A stretch of 64,000 nt of DNA. It comes from Rebecca billardiae RCC1528. Its lineage: Eukaryota > Protista > Haptophyta. This document shows, one piece after another, positions 46,294 through 56,825 of this stretch. Numbering within the stretch: position 1 is the stretch's first letter; each line of letters opens with the position of its first letter. The notes under the pieces were generated by a model. That model ran no database searches. It saw nothing but the letters and a program-made list of their open reading frames with translations, and was not told the origin of the DNA. The stretch spans positions 3,224,001-3,288,000 of the forward strand of contig OZ251223.1 of assembly GCA_965240325.2 (NCBI GenBank), given 5' to 3'. Made by a program: the position numbers and the translations under genes.

Positions 46294-49200
46294 CTATACG
46301 CGGTTGCGTTCTCGGGGCGGGGGCGGGCTCGCGCTAGGGCAATGGATGCCGTTGCCGGGCGGGGTCGAGGTCGCGTTGGCTGAGCCGCCGTTCGGGACCG
46401 CAGCGCTCTGCGAGCTCGCCCGGCGCGAGCCAGCCGCGCCAGCGGCGTCCCCACCCTGCTCGTCGATCGAGGCTGGCATCCACGAGACATTGTCCAGGTG
46501 CACGTTGTTCTCGTCCACGAGGGCAAACTTGCCCGACACGCTCGGCTGCTTCACGCCGCGCGACGCCTCGGGCTGCGGGTCGCCCATCTTGTAGCCCGCG
46601 CGCACAAAGGCCATGCGCGCGGCGTGGAACGCGCGCTCGATCAGGTCCTGCCCGCCGCTGCTCTGGCGCAGCTGGCCGGGCCGCTCGCGCAGCCGCTTGC
46701 CCAGGTAGTCGTAGAAGCCGAGCGAGAAGGCGCGCGCGGCCGCGTCGTCGACGATCGTCGTCCAGCAGATCACGCGCAGCCGCGGCAGCTCCTTGACGAT
46801 GTAGCGCGCGAGGTGGTCGGAGCAGCACGCGTTGAGGAACACGCACTGCAGCCGGCCCATCGGCCGCAGCAGCCGCACGAACTCGTCGGGGCGCGGCACC
46901 TGCGCTGTGCCGTCCTCGAGCTCAAAGAGCAGCGTGCCGCCGATCACGCCCGCGCCGAGCGCGTGCCCCGAGAACTGCAGCACGCGCGGCAGGTGCTCGC
47001 TGAGCGGCACCTCGACCGACTCTGGGAACTTTGCGGCCGGGCGGATCACGCGCTGCCCCTCGGGCACCTCGCGCTGCAGGTCCATCAGCTCGCGCATCAG
47101 CTTGAGGTGGGGCACGGCGCGGCGGTCGCGCAGCCGCACGGGCGAGGAGAAGATCGCGAGCACCTCGATCTGCTTGCGCTGCACCGTGTCCTCCGCCGGG
47201 CGGAAGAACTGCTTGTTGAGCACCTCGAAGAGCTGCGGCCGCTCGGCCGGGCTCGCGCGCAGCATCGGCAGCACGATGCGCAGGCAGCGCTCCTGCTCGC
47301 TCGTGTGCAGCCAGCCCGCGCAGCGCCAGCGCACGAGCGCGTCGGTCAGCCCGCCGTCCCTGGCGCGCCAGCGCGTCGCCGACGGCATCCGCTCGAGCTT
47401 GGGCGGCGAGCTCCGCGGCGGCCACGGCTCGGTGTGCGGGTTGAAGAAGGGGCGGAGCGTGAAGAGCTCGTACAGCACCAGCCCGCACGAGAAGACGTCC
47501 ACGGACGGCATCAGCGTCAGCAGGTCGCGCGCCTCGGGCTCGGGGGCGAGGGCGGTGGCGGCGCGCTGCGCGGCCGGGCCGAGCGCGCCGACCGTGCTCG
47601 CGCCGGGCACCGCGCCCGGCGCGCCCGAGGCCAGCGCTGACGCAGCGTGCGCCGCGCACGAGTTGACGGCGGGCGCGGACGCGGTGCGCGCGGCCGCCGG
47701 CGTGCCGAGGCCGGGCGGCGCGGAGCACCGGCTGCCGCGCGCTCGCGCGAGGAGGCGCGCGACCTCGGGCGCGCAGTAGCCCTCCGTGTATGCGGGCCTG
47801 TCCACCGCCGTGCCCACCGCCGCCGCCGCGCCGAAGTCGATCAGCTTCCAGTACCCGCGGAAGCGCAGGAAGTGCGCGGGCTTGAGGTCGAGGTGGACGA
47901 CGCCGAGCGAGTGCAGCGCGTTCACCAGGGTGAGCACGCGCTTCGCCGTGGCCGCGATCGAGAGCGGGCAGCGCGCGTCGGCGCCGCCCGCCCGGATCGA
48001 GCGGATGTAGTCGGCGAGCGAGTTGGACGTGTCCGCCGCCTCCATCACGAGCACGTACGCCGTCTCGCCGCCCGTGTCCGAGTGGTCGTCGTCGAAGGAG
48101 CCGACGACGCGCGGCGCGACGTGCGGCCCGACCAGGCCCATCACCTCCTTCTCGTGGTCGCGCTCCTCGAAGGAGGAGAAGTACTTGAGCGCGACGCGGT
48201 CGCCGGTGGTCTTGTCGGTGGCGAGGCGCACGACCGAGCGCTTCTCCTCCGACTCGCCGCGCTCGGCCGAGCGCTCGGGCAGCGGCGCGTGGTCGACGTA
48301 CCGCTCGGCGATCGTGGTGGGCGCGTGGTCGGCGGACGCGCGGCCCGCGCCGAGCGTGACGTGAGCGTCCCGCGCGAGCGCCTGCATGCGGGACCAGAAG
48401 CGCTCGGGGCAGAGGTCGTGCGGCCTGTTGCCGTCGACGTCGCACTGGCTGGCGAGCGAGGCCGCCCACGTGATCAGCTCGACGCACGCGTTCTCCTGCT
48501 CCGCCATCGCCGCGACGTGCAGCGCGTTCTGCTGCCGCGCCGTGCGCGCGTGCACGTCCACGCCCACCTCGCGCAGACGGCGGATCAGCTCAATCTCGCC
48601 GCGGCGCGCGGCGAGGTGCAGCAGCGTCTCGCCGCCGTGCTCGGCGGACTGCGCGCGGAGCAGCTCGCGCGCGACGGCCGCGCCGCCCTCCGCCGCGCCG
48701 CCGAGCAGCTCCGACGACGAGGTCGCCGTGAGCGTCAGCAGCGACTCGAGGCGCGAGCTCGAGGCGCTCTGCCCCACGCCCGCGACGCCCGCGCCGCCGG
48801 CGGCGCCGCCGTCCGCGGCCGCGCCGTCCGGCGTGACGGGCGTGCCCGGCGCCGAGCTCGGCTGCTCGGCGGAGCGAGCGGGCGTGGCGTCGGCTGCGCA
48901 CAGGCCAAAGCTCGCGCGCGAGCCGCCGCCGCCCAGCGGCGCGATCGGCGAGCCCAGCGTGCGCGCGCCACCGCGCTCGCCGTCCGTGAGCGCCGCGGCG
49001 AGCTTGAGCTCGAGCGCAGCGCACGCGTACATGGCGCCGACGCGCTGGCACTGGCGCGACGAGGAGGCCAGCATGGACATGATCAGGGTGGCCGCGCTGC
49101 GCGGGCTCACGTCGCGCTCGCTCGCCGGGAAGTCGAGCCGACCGCCGGTGGAGCCCGCCGAGCCGCCGAGGTATGCGCCGCCTCCGGCCGTGCCCGTCGC

Positions 49201-51726
49201 ACTGTCCCTCCGCTCCTGCGCGCCGCCGCCCGCGCCGCCGCCGCCGCCGCCTCCGCCGCCGCCGCCGCCGCCGCCGCCGCCCATGCCGCCGCCGCCCATG
49301 CCGCCGCCGCCGCCGCCGCCGCCGCCCAGGCCGCCGCCGCCGCCGCCCTTGGCGCCGGCGGCGTGGGCATGCGCGGCGCGCGCGGCGCCGCCCGCGTGCA
49401 CCAGCGCCTCCGCCGCGGCGGGCCTCGCCCCCGCGCCGCCGCCGCCTCGCGCGCGCGCCCGCGTCGCGCCGCCGCCGCCCCTGCTCGGCTCATCATGCTG
49501 GCCTGTGAGGCACTCCCAAGAGTGCCGCTTCGAGACGCCGTCCACCCACGAGGCGGCGGGCGGGGGCATGCCCACCGTGCTGAGCGAGGCGCGCGGCGGC
49601 GGCGTGTCGGCCGCGGCGTGCGCCGGCGCGCGCGACTCCGCCGCGCTGCCGTCGACCGCCGCGGCCGACACGCCGCCGCCGCCGCCGCCCGCCGCCCGCG
49701 CCGCGCGCGAGTGCGACCAGCGGTCGCCGCACATGGCAAACTGTATCGTCGCGGCGGCGAGGATGAGCTCGCGGCACCAGCGCGCGCTGCGGTTGAAGCG
49801 CTGCAGCGTGGCGGTCTCGTGCGCGCGGTCGAGCGGCGTGCAGCCGAACGCGTCCATCACGTCGAGCGGCAGCCGGCGCAGCAGCAGCTCGGCCACCACC
49901 TCCTCGTTGGCGCACATGGCGCCCAGGTGCAGCAGTGTCTGCCCAAACGCGTCGCGGTGCGCGCGCAGCGGCGCCGCCGCCTCGGCGCGCAGCGCGCCGA
50001 CGTCGGAGGCGAGGACGGAGGCCTCGGCGGCCGGCGCGGCGCGCACCGCCGCGCCGTTCCCCGTGCCCGTGCACCACGCCGGCATGCTCCTGCCCAGCAC
50101 GCCCACCGCCCTCATGAAGGCGTCCAGCTCCCGCTCGTCCGGCATGGACGGCCACGTGCCTTTGCGCGTCGTCGAGAAGGAGCCGGCGCACGAGGCGCGC
50201 ACGGCGGCGGCCTCGATGGGCAGCTTGCGCACGAGCGCGGAGACGAAGGCCGCGACGAACGCGTCCGCAGCGCCGATCACCTGCCCCGAGCCCATGTCCA
50301 CGCGGAACATCGGCACGACGAACACGCGCGCGCGCCTCGCCGCGGCCGCACCGCCCGCCTCCGACGCTCTGAAGGAGGCGTCCTCGGCCGCCCACGCGCC
50401 GCCCGCGCTCGCGCCGGCGGCGGAGGCGTCGGGCAAGGCGGCGGCGGAGGCGTCGCGGTGGGCGGGCGCCTGCGCGCCCGCGCCGGACGCGCCCAGTTCG
50501 GCCGAGGCGCCTTCGCTCGCCGTCAGTGGCGCGTCCGCCTCGCCTTCGCCTTCGCCTTCCGCGGCGCCGTCGCCGCCGGCGCCGCCCGCGCCGTCGCCGC
50601 CCGCGCCGCCGCCCGACTCCGCGCGCGCAAAGCGCTCGCGCCCATCGGCCGAGGCGTGCACGCCGCCGCTCGTGGCGACGATGTGCGCGGCGGGTGTGGT
50701 GAGCACCACCGTGCTGATCCCGAGCGAGCGCAGCTCATTCGCCGCGCGCGCCGCCTCCGCCAGGTCGCGCAGAGGCGTGCCGGTCGCGGTGCCGAGCAGG
50801 TTAGCGGCCTCGTGCTCGTTCGCAAACAGGATGTCGACGTGGCGGAGGAGGGCGGGCGGCGCGTCGGCGGCGGAGGCGCAGGGCGAGGCCTTGAGGACGA
50901 CGGTCTTGCCCCGCTCCGCCGCGAGCTCCGCCGCCTGCACCACCGCCGCGCGCGCCACCTCGAGCTGCAGCACGAGCGCCTGGCAGCGGCTGAGCTCGCT
51001 CTCGAGCAGAGACAGCTCGGGCGCGGCGACCGCTGAGTTGGCGCCCTGGCAGCTGATGGTGAGCTTGGCCTTCTCACGCTGGCTCGCGACGATGACCGCC
51101 ACGCCCGTCGAGTTCTTCTCGTCCCGCTGCACGCCGGACACGTCCACGCGGTACGTGTGCGCCAGCTCGTTGAGGAGGATGTCTGCCGTGGGGTCGTTGC
51201 CGACGCGCCCAATCATGATGGAGCGGATGCCGAGCCGCGCGATGCCCACCGCCTCGTTGGCGCCCTTGCCGCCGGGCGACTGGAAGAAGCGGCCCTTCGT
51301 GTTGCTGCCCACCTGCGGGAACCCCGCCGTCGTCTCCGCGTGCAGGTCCATGTTCAGCGAGCCGAAGACGATCACGCGCGGCGCCGCGATGTCGGGCGAT
51401 CGCGATGGCTGCCTCACCATCAGCGACGACTGCTCATCCGTCGCCACGGGGCGAAGGAGGAGCTGGCGCTGGTCGAGATCAGTTGCCGACGGAGATCGCT
51501 GCTGCGCGCGCGAGAGACGGGGTGGCGGCGTCGCCGGACCCGACTCGGCGCTGGCAGGCGACGCCGCAGGCGGTGCGTCATCTGCGCTTGTAGCCTCACT
51601 GCCGCCGCCGGGCGGCTCGCGCGGCGAAGGCCGCCGTCCGCGCCAAGCGCGCCAGCACGAGACGGCGATCGGCGCGATGGCCGCGGCCAGGCTCAGAAGC
51701 TGCAAGCCCACTGCTCCGCGCTCCAT
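46294..51726 (-). CDS. Multidomain protein: N-terminal TM + ribokinase (PfkB) + ankyrin repeats + Ser/Thr kinase + CHAT (caspase-like) protease
   Basis: PfkB: GSLNMDL, GGKGANEA, GRVGND, NEHE, GAADAF. Ankyrin: GQTLLHL, GETLLHLAA, QNALHVAA. Kinase: VALK, HLDLKP, DFG, APE, DVFSCG. CHAT: VLQFSGH, VFLNAC, W.T.VDD.AA..F...FY. Single uninterrupted ORF. Confidence 0.85.
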   Translation of the reverse strand: MERGAVGLQLLSLAAAIAPIAVSCWRAWRGRRPSPREPPGGGSEATSADDAPPAASPASAESGPATPPPRLSRAQQRSPSATDLDQRQLLLRPVATDEQSSLMVRQPSRSPDIAAPRVIVFGSLNMDLHAETTAGFPQVGSNTKGRFFQSPGGKGANEAVGIARLGIRSIMIGRVGNDPTADILLNELAHTYRVDVSGVQRDEKNSTGVAVIVASQREKAKLTISCQGANSAVAAPELSLLESELSRCQALVLQLEVARAAVVQAAELAAERGKTVVLKASPCASAADAPPALLRHVDILFANEHEAANLLGTATGTPLRDLAEAARAANELRSLGISTVVLTTPAAHIVATSGGVHASADGRERFARAESGGGAGGDGAGGAGGDGAAEGEGEGEADAPLTASEGASAELGASGAGAQAPAHRDASAAALPDASAAGASAGGAWAAEDASFRASEAGGAAAARRARVFVVPMFRVDMGSGQVIGAADAFVAAFVSALVRKLPIEAAAVRASCAGSFSTTRKGTWPSMPDERELDAFMRAVGVLGRSMPAWCTGTGNGAAVRAAPAAEASVLASDVGALRAEAAAPLRAHRDAFGQTLLHLGAMCANEEVVAELLLRRLPLDVMDAFGCTPLDRAHETATLQRFNRSARWCRELILAAATIQFAMCGDRWSHSRAARAAGGGGGGVSAAAVDGSAAESRAPAHAAADTPPPRASLSTVGMPPPAASWVDGVSKRHSWECLTGQHDEPSRGGGGATRARARGGGGAGARPAAAEALVHAGGAARAAHAHAAGAKGGGGGGLGGGGGGGGGMGGGGMGGGGGGGGGGGGGGGGAGGGAQERRDSATGTAGGGAYLGGSAGSTGGRLDFPASERDVSPRSAATLIMSMLASSSRQCQRVGAMYACAALELKLAAALTDGERGGARTLGSPIAPLGGGGSRASFGLCAADATPARSAEQPSSAPGTPVTPDGAAADGGAAGGAGVAGVGQSASSSRLESLLTLTATSSSELLGGAAEGGAAVARELLRAQSAEHGGETLLHLAARRGEIELIRRLREVGVDVHARTARQQNALHVAAMAEQENACVELITWAASLASQCDVDGNRPHDLCPERFWSRMQALARDAHVTLGAGRASADHAPTTIAERYVDHAPLPERSAERGESEEKRSVVRLATDKTTGDRVALKYFSSFEERDHEKEVMGLVGPHVAPRVVGSFDDDHSDTGGETAYVLVMEAADTSNSLADYIRSIRAGGADARCPLSIAATAKRVLTLVNALHSLGVVHLDLKPAHFLRFRGYWKLIDFGAAAAVGTAVDRPAYTEGYCAPEVARLLARARGSRCSAPPGLGTPAAARTASAPAVNSCAAHAASALASGAPGAVPGASTVGALGPAAQRAATALAPEPEARDLLTLMPSVDVFSCGLVLYELFTLRPFFNPHTEPWPPRSSPPKLERMPSATRWRARDGGLTDALVRWRCAGWLHTSEQERCLRIVLPMLRASPAERPQLFEVLNKQFFRPAEDTVQRKQIEVLAIFSSPVRLRDRRAVPHLKLMRELMDLQREVPEGQRVIRPAAKFPESVEVPLSEHLPRVLQFSGHALGAGVIGGTLLFELEDGTAQVPRPDEFVRLLRPMGRLQCVFLNACCSDHLARYIVKELPRLRVICWTTIVDDAAARAFSLGFYDYLGKRLRERPGQLRQSSGGQDLIERAFHAARMAFVRAGYKMGDPQPEASRGVKQPSVSGKFALVDENNVHLDNVSWMPASIDEQGGDAAGAAGSRRASSQSAAVPNGGSANATSTPPGNGIHCPSASPPPPRERNRV

Positions 51727-51806
51727 CGCCGCCACGCGCAGCTCTCGCCGGCGTGGCGCCGGTACTCAAGGACGTGCGTCCACCCCGATTTACAGATTGG
51801 CGGGCC

Positions 51807-51851
51807 ACTACAGTTTACTATGTTTTAACGTGCACACTTGGTTAAGGCGTG
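51807..51851 (+). repeat. Direct copy of 35440-35484
   Basis: 1 mismatch in 45 bp; lies ~80 bp upstream of the CHAT fusion gene. Confidence 0.85.
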
Positions 51852-54800
51852 TACGGGGCCGGTGCAGGTAAAATACAATCAGTCAGTCCATCATCGTCAT
51901 CATTGTCGACAGAGCTCCACGCGCGTACTTTAGTTAGATACTAGCTACAATACCGTACAGTGACGGTATGTTTGACTCGCGTGAAGCCGGCATAGGTGGG
52001 TGCGGCCGCCCGGCGAAGCCGCACGAAGCCGGTGAAGCGGGCGCGCGGTGGCCACGGTCGCGGCGATCCGCGCAGTCTAGCGGGTGGCGAGGCGACAGTG
52101 GGCGCGTCCCAGTCGGTCGCCGACGTGCCGCGCCCTGCCGACCAGCCGCCTTGACGCGATGGCCCGCCGACCCCCGGCGTCCGCCTGGGCCACGTGCACG
52201 CGGCGATTTGAATGAGGCGCGCGCTGCCGGCTGGCAAGGAATTCGACGAGGGCGAGGACGAGGGTGATGAGGAATGGATGGCCGTAGACACTGTGAGCGC
52301 TGGCCTCTCTGCTGACTCCACAGCGCCGCACGCGCACACGTGCAAGCACCCGTCTGGTGCGCCTCCGCATGGCAGAAGGCGGATCGTCCGTGGTGAAGTG
52401 ATCCGGAGATCCCTGGCGTTGAGTCGCCCCCTTCGGCGGAGGCAAGTTGGCGAGGAGTGTGTGCCGACCCGTGCTTCGCCGCGGACCCGTCCGCGTGTGG
52501 CCCCGCGACGTGCGGTCTCGCTGCGCCCCCGCCCAGCATTGCTTGGTGCAGGGCTACCTGGCCGCACACTCGTCAGCAACAGGCTGACGCGGCGACCTGC
52601 GGCTCCAAATGGCAGCAGCGGCGGGGTGCTGGTGGAAGAGCGCCATGCCTTACATAGCCACGGTGTGCGGTCGGCAGGTGCCATCGCCAGTGACCGCCGA
52701 GCGGCGACGGCTGAGCTGAGCTGCATGGCGACTGCGGAGCCCGCCGAGCGTCGAGCCGCGCGCCGCGCCCGGGCGCCCGAATCGGCGGAGGGCAATCGCG
52801 TGGACGGAGTCGGCAGCCTCAGGCCTGCTCGGTTGGTCCGCTCACCCCGCTGCCGCCAGCAAGGAGACTATGCGCTTAGGCTACCGCACATGAGACAGTA
52901 TACGTATGATCGTCGCCGTGCGGTGAATCTCTGGCTGCCCGCGCGCGCGGCGGTGCGCATGCACGGTGGGTGGGCTGATCTGTGATCATCAAGGTCACAG
53001 ATTCCGCCCGCCGATGTTGCTCAATGGCGGCTGACCGTGGGGGTGACTGTGGAGCTGGGGGTGGGAGGTGGGGCATGACGCTCTCCTACTCTTGCCGCAA
53101 GGTCCCTCGCGGTCGTCCCGCGCAGCGATTCCCGCACTCGCCCCTCGCCGTCATCACGCGCCCTCAGCAGCGCGCCGCTGCGCGGCGGCGCGCCCAACCC
53201 AGCCGGGCGGGGCACGCGCTCGCGTTTGCTCCCACCTCGCCCTCGAGACGAGCGCGGGCGGCGGGGCTCCTCCTCCTCCTCCTCTTCCTCCTCCTCTTGC
53301 GCGCGCCGGCGCCGGCGGGGCGGCTCCTCCTCCTCCTCCTCCTCCTCCTCATCCTCGCCGGCGCCGCAGCCGCCGGCAGCGGCGGCGCCGCTGGCGCCGC
53401 CGCCGGAGAGGGGCCGCCGAGGGCCAAGAGGGGCGGGAGGGGCGGCAAGGAGCGCGGCCTGGAATGACCTGCGCGAGCACGGGTGTCGCCGTCGCCGATG
53501 GCGACAGCCGTCTGTCGCCGATGGCGACGGCGCCGGCGCGAATGGCAGCGGACGGTCGCGGGCGCGTCGTCCATGCTGGCTTCAGCGCGGCTTCAGCCCG
53601 CTTCAGCGGGCTTCAGCGGGCGTGAAGCCGCGCTGAAGCCGCACTGCGCGTCGCTTCAACATGGTGCTGTACCATATTGTTGCCCCAAAGCGTATCTGGC
53701 TTCACCCTCTACTAGTAGTATAGAACGTATACAGTAAAGTACGACGATGATGAGCCTTGCTTTGACGATACAATGTTGTACTGTCATGTCTGCACTGCTT
53801 CATGCTTGTCCGACTGGACTGACTGCTGCTGCAACTTGACGTAGCTACGGCGTATCTGTCTAGCACTAGTAGTACGAGACGTCCCCTCCCGTCCGAGTGG
53901 TGAGGGCGATATATATGTCCTATCTCCCGGACTAGACAGACCGTCTGCGACGTGAGACTCCGACTCCGAGGCTTCGATCCGAGTCTGTCACCGAGACTCG
54001 AATGAGTCGAGGGCGGCTTGTGGGCCTGTGGCCAGCCGTGCCGCGTGCGCGCAGAGAGTTAGTCTGATATCGAGAGCCGGTAACGTCACTATTAACGAGT
54101 GGCCCGCCCGGCCGCGCGGCGGACTCGGCGCTCTCATTATCACCGCGACTCCGCGCGCCAGTAGTCCTGGCAGTGACCGCCTTGCAGCAGGGCCGGCAGC
54201 TCAGCAGATGCGCTGCTGCGGCTGCAGCGCTCGCCGCGCCGGAGCCTCCGCCTGTCACAATCAGCGCCCCAGCGGGCGGGCAGCGCGTCGCGCCTCGCAC
54301 GGGCCGTCCCGCGGCGAGTTCTGCACTCCGTCTCCGTAACTACTCGGACTCCGTGACCGTGACCCGGTATTCGGAATACTAGAATAGACTAGCTATATCG
54401 GACGAGTAGTCTATATCCGAGACTACTCCGCCTGCTAGACGTAACTCGGATCAGATGTCAGAAAGTCCCGGCCCGGCGGCCCACATATCACATTTAAGCA
54501 GTTGCATTAACACTGAATTGTGAATAACTGAAATTAATACACTTAAGTACACTACATTCGTAACGACTAACGCCTTACGCCGACTACAGACCGCCCGGGC
54601 GCGCACGGCAGCGCAGCTGCCAGCTGGCAGCACTAGCCACTAGTCCTATTTATAGTTATCCGAACATATCTAATTATATGTATATTTAAAAATACAATAT
54701 TTTTAATTATTAGTTTGTATAGAGCCACCGTCTGGCCAGCAGCCGCAGGGTCGCCAACGGCAGATGCCTGAGATCTATGTGGCCCGAGGCACCCAGTGAT

Positions 54801-54885
54801 GAGCAGTGTCAGCGTCTGGCTATCCCGGCCGGTGCGCACCGCGATTCAGCAACGCGTGCGCACGGGCAAGACTGCACTAGTCACG

Positions 54886-56406
54886 CTAGTATCGGCCAGA
54901 GGAGAAGCGGCCTGACTTGGTCATATTCCCTTGCGCGGCCTTGAAGTCCTGCGGGTTCTTGGAGTGCTTCGCGGCGTAGTCGGCCTCAACCTGCGTGGCC
55001 TCGAAGTTGATCTTCTCGAGGAAGCCGCGCTTCGCGCCCTTCGCGATCTTTCGGAGCACGGTCGCCTCCTCGTCGTTGCGCCACTTTGCGAGCTCGGCCG
55101 CGACCTCCTTGAAGTCCGGCCGCTTCTTGTGGTCGTCCTGCCATACGCTTTGGATCAGCTTGCGCGCCTCCTCGGGCCACTGCGGCGGGATCGTGGGCCG
55201 GAGCTCGTCGGCTGCGACCTTCTTCGCGATCTCCTCGGTCGAGAGGAACTGGCCCTCGTACGCGCGACCGCGCGTGAGCAGCTCGTACATGATGATGGCT
55301 GCCGGCGCGACCGCCGGGCCGATGGGGGGGGCGGGGGGGCGGCACGAGTGAGCGGGCGTCGCTGGCGCCGGCTGCCGCGACGTGCCGGCGAGCACGCACA
55401 CGCACGCGCGTGACTGCCGCGCGGCGCGGGGCGGGGACCCCCAGCGCGCACCGAACGAGAACTGGTCGTTGGTGCGCGAGTACTCGTCACCCCGGTAGTT
55501 CTCGGGCGCCATGTACCGCATGCTTCCGACCTTGCCAGTCATCTTGAAGTTGGCGAGCCGTGTGCCGCCCTTCTCGAAGGTGACGAGGCCGAAGTCGGCG
55601 ATCTTGGCGGTGCACGCCTCGCCGCACAGCAGGATGTTCTCCGGCTTCAGGTCGCGGTGGATGATCGGCGGCTTGCAGTCGTGCAGGAACGCCATGCCGG
55701 CCGCGATGTGGTACGTCCACCGCAGGCCGTCGCCCACCGTGAACGGCTTGCGCATGTTCGAGGTGGAGTTGACGAGCGGCTTGAGCGTGCCGTACGGCGC
55801 GTACTCCTGCACCAGCGCGATCTGGTCCTGCCCGTTCTCATCCTCCTGCAGCGTCACCCCAATGTAACCGATCACGTTCGGGTGGTGGAGTGACTTGAGC
55901 ATCAGCAGCTCGGAGGCAAAGTCTGCGAGCTCGCGGTCGCCGATGAAGGAGGGCTCGTCCGCCTTGACGACGCCGTCCTTGTCGACGGGGAGCTTCGCTT
56001 TCAGCTTCTTCACCGCCACGAACCCGCCGGCCTCCGCGACCAGCGCCGCGGCGGGGTGGCTGCGCGGCGGCGTGAACCTGCACTGCGTGACCACACCAAA
56101 CGCGCCCTCGCCGAGCACCTTCTCGTGCTTGAGCGACCGGTCATCGATGACCGTGTTCTCGTCCAGGTGCTTCTTGCGGAGCTTCTGGAAGTTGGGCTTG
56201 ACGCCCGTGTTGATGTCGCCCACCAGGCTGTTCAGGTCCTGCCCGGCAGAGAGCTTCTTGACCGTGACCGCCCGGTTGATCGGCTTCTTCCCACCGCCCG
56301 TGCTGCCAGACCGGCTCCGAGGGTCGGCCGAGGAGGGGCGCTTCGGGGCGGCGTCATCGGCAAACGACGTTTTCTTCTGCGTTCCCGAGCCACCGAAGAA
56401 ACCCAT
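54886..56406 (-). CDS. TKL-group (Raf/MAP3K-like) protein kinase (predicted in-frame intron 55299-55451)
   Basis: GEGAFG, VAVKK, HPNVI, HRDLKPEN, DFG, GSMRYMAPE and W..D..KRPDF; starts MG. Confidence 0.9.
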   Translation of the reverse strand: MGFFGGSGTQKKTSFADDAAPKRPSSADPRSRSGSTGGGKKPINRAVTVKKLSAGQDLNSLVGDINTGVKPNFQKLRKKHLDENTVIDDRSLKHEKVLGEGAFGVVTQCRFTPPRSHPAAALVAEAGGFVAVKKLKAKLPVDKDGVVKADEPSFIGDRELADFASELLMLKSLHHPNVIGYIGVTLQEDENGQDQIALVQEYAPYGTLKPLVNSTSNMRKPFTVGDGLRWTYHIAAGMAFLHDCKPPIIHRDLKPENILLCGEACTAKIADFGLVTFEKGGTRLANFKMTGKVGSMRYMAPENYRGDEYSRTNDQFSFGARWGSPPRAARQSRACVCVLAGTSRQPAPATPAHSCRPPAPPIGPAVAPAAIIMYELLTRGRAYEGQFLSTEEIAKKVAADELRPTIPPQWPEEARKLIQSVWQDDHKKRPDFKEVAAELAKWRNDEEATVLRKIAKGAKRGFLEKINFEATQVEADYAAKHSKNPQDFKAAQGNMTKSGRFSSGRY

Positions 56407-56825
56407 TCCTCAGGGCGGTGCTCGCTCGCGGGATCCAGCAGCGGGGCGAAGCGCGGGGTCCTGGCGGTGGGGGGGGCGGGGTCGCGGGCCACGCGAAAAG
56501 GGATCGCTCCCCTCCGACGACGACGGCCCCAAACGCCCGCGCGGCGCGGTCGCCGAACGATTTTGAGCGCTTACCCACATGTACGTAAGATGCCAATTAA
56601 GACGCATATTCGTCGCGTTGTGACGTAACTGTACTGTATTAATTAGGACAGTCCTACTGGTACTTTAGTACCCGCCCTCGGTCGGTTGGTAGAGTGATGA
56701 AACGGTCGGGAGATAACCGTATGTGCGTCCGTTCGTCTGAAACATTTCATCAGCTTGCCGCCCGAATTTTGTCCGCGCTGCTTGATGGCGTCCTTCATGC
56801 AGCCCTGCTCCTTGTGAACCAGGCC

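Noticed and set aside
47647-51871. Two >1100-aa plus-strand ORFs
   Set aside because: Ala/Arg/Pro-rich antisense shadows of the ribokinase-CHAT gene with no domain motifs.
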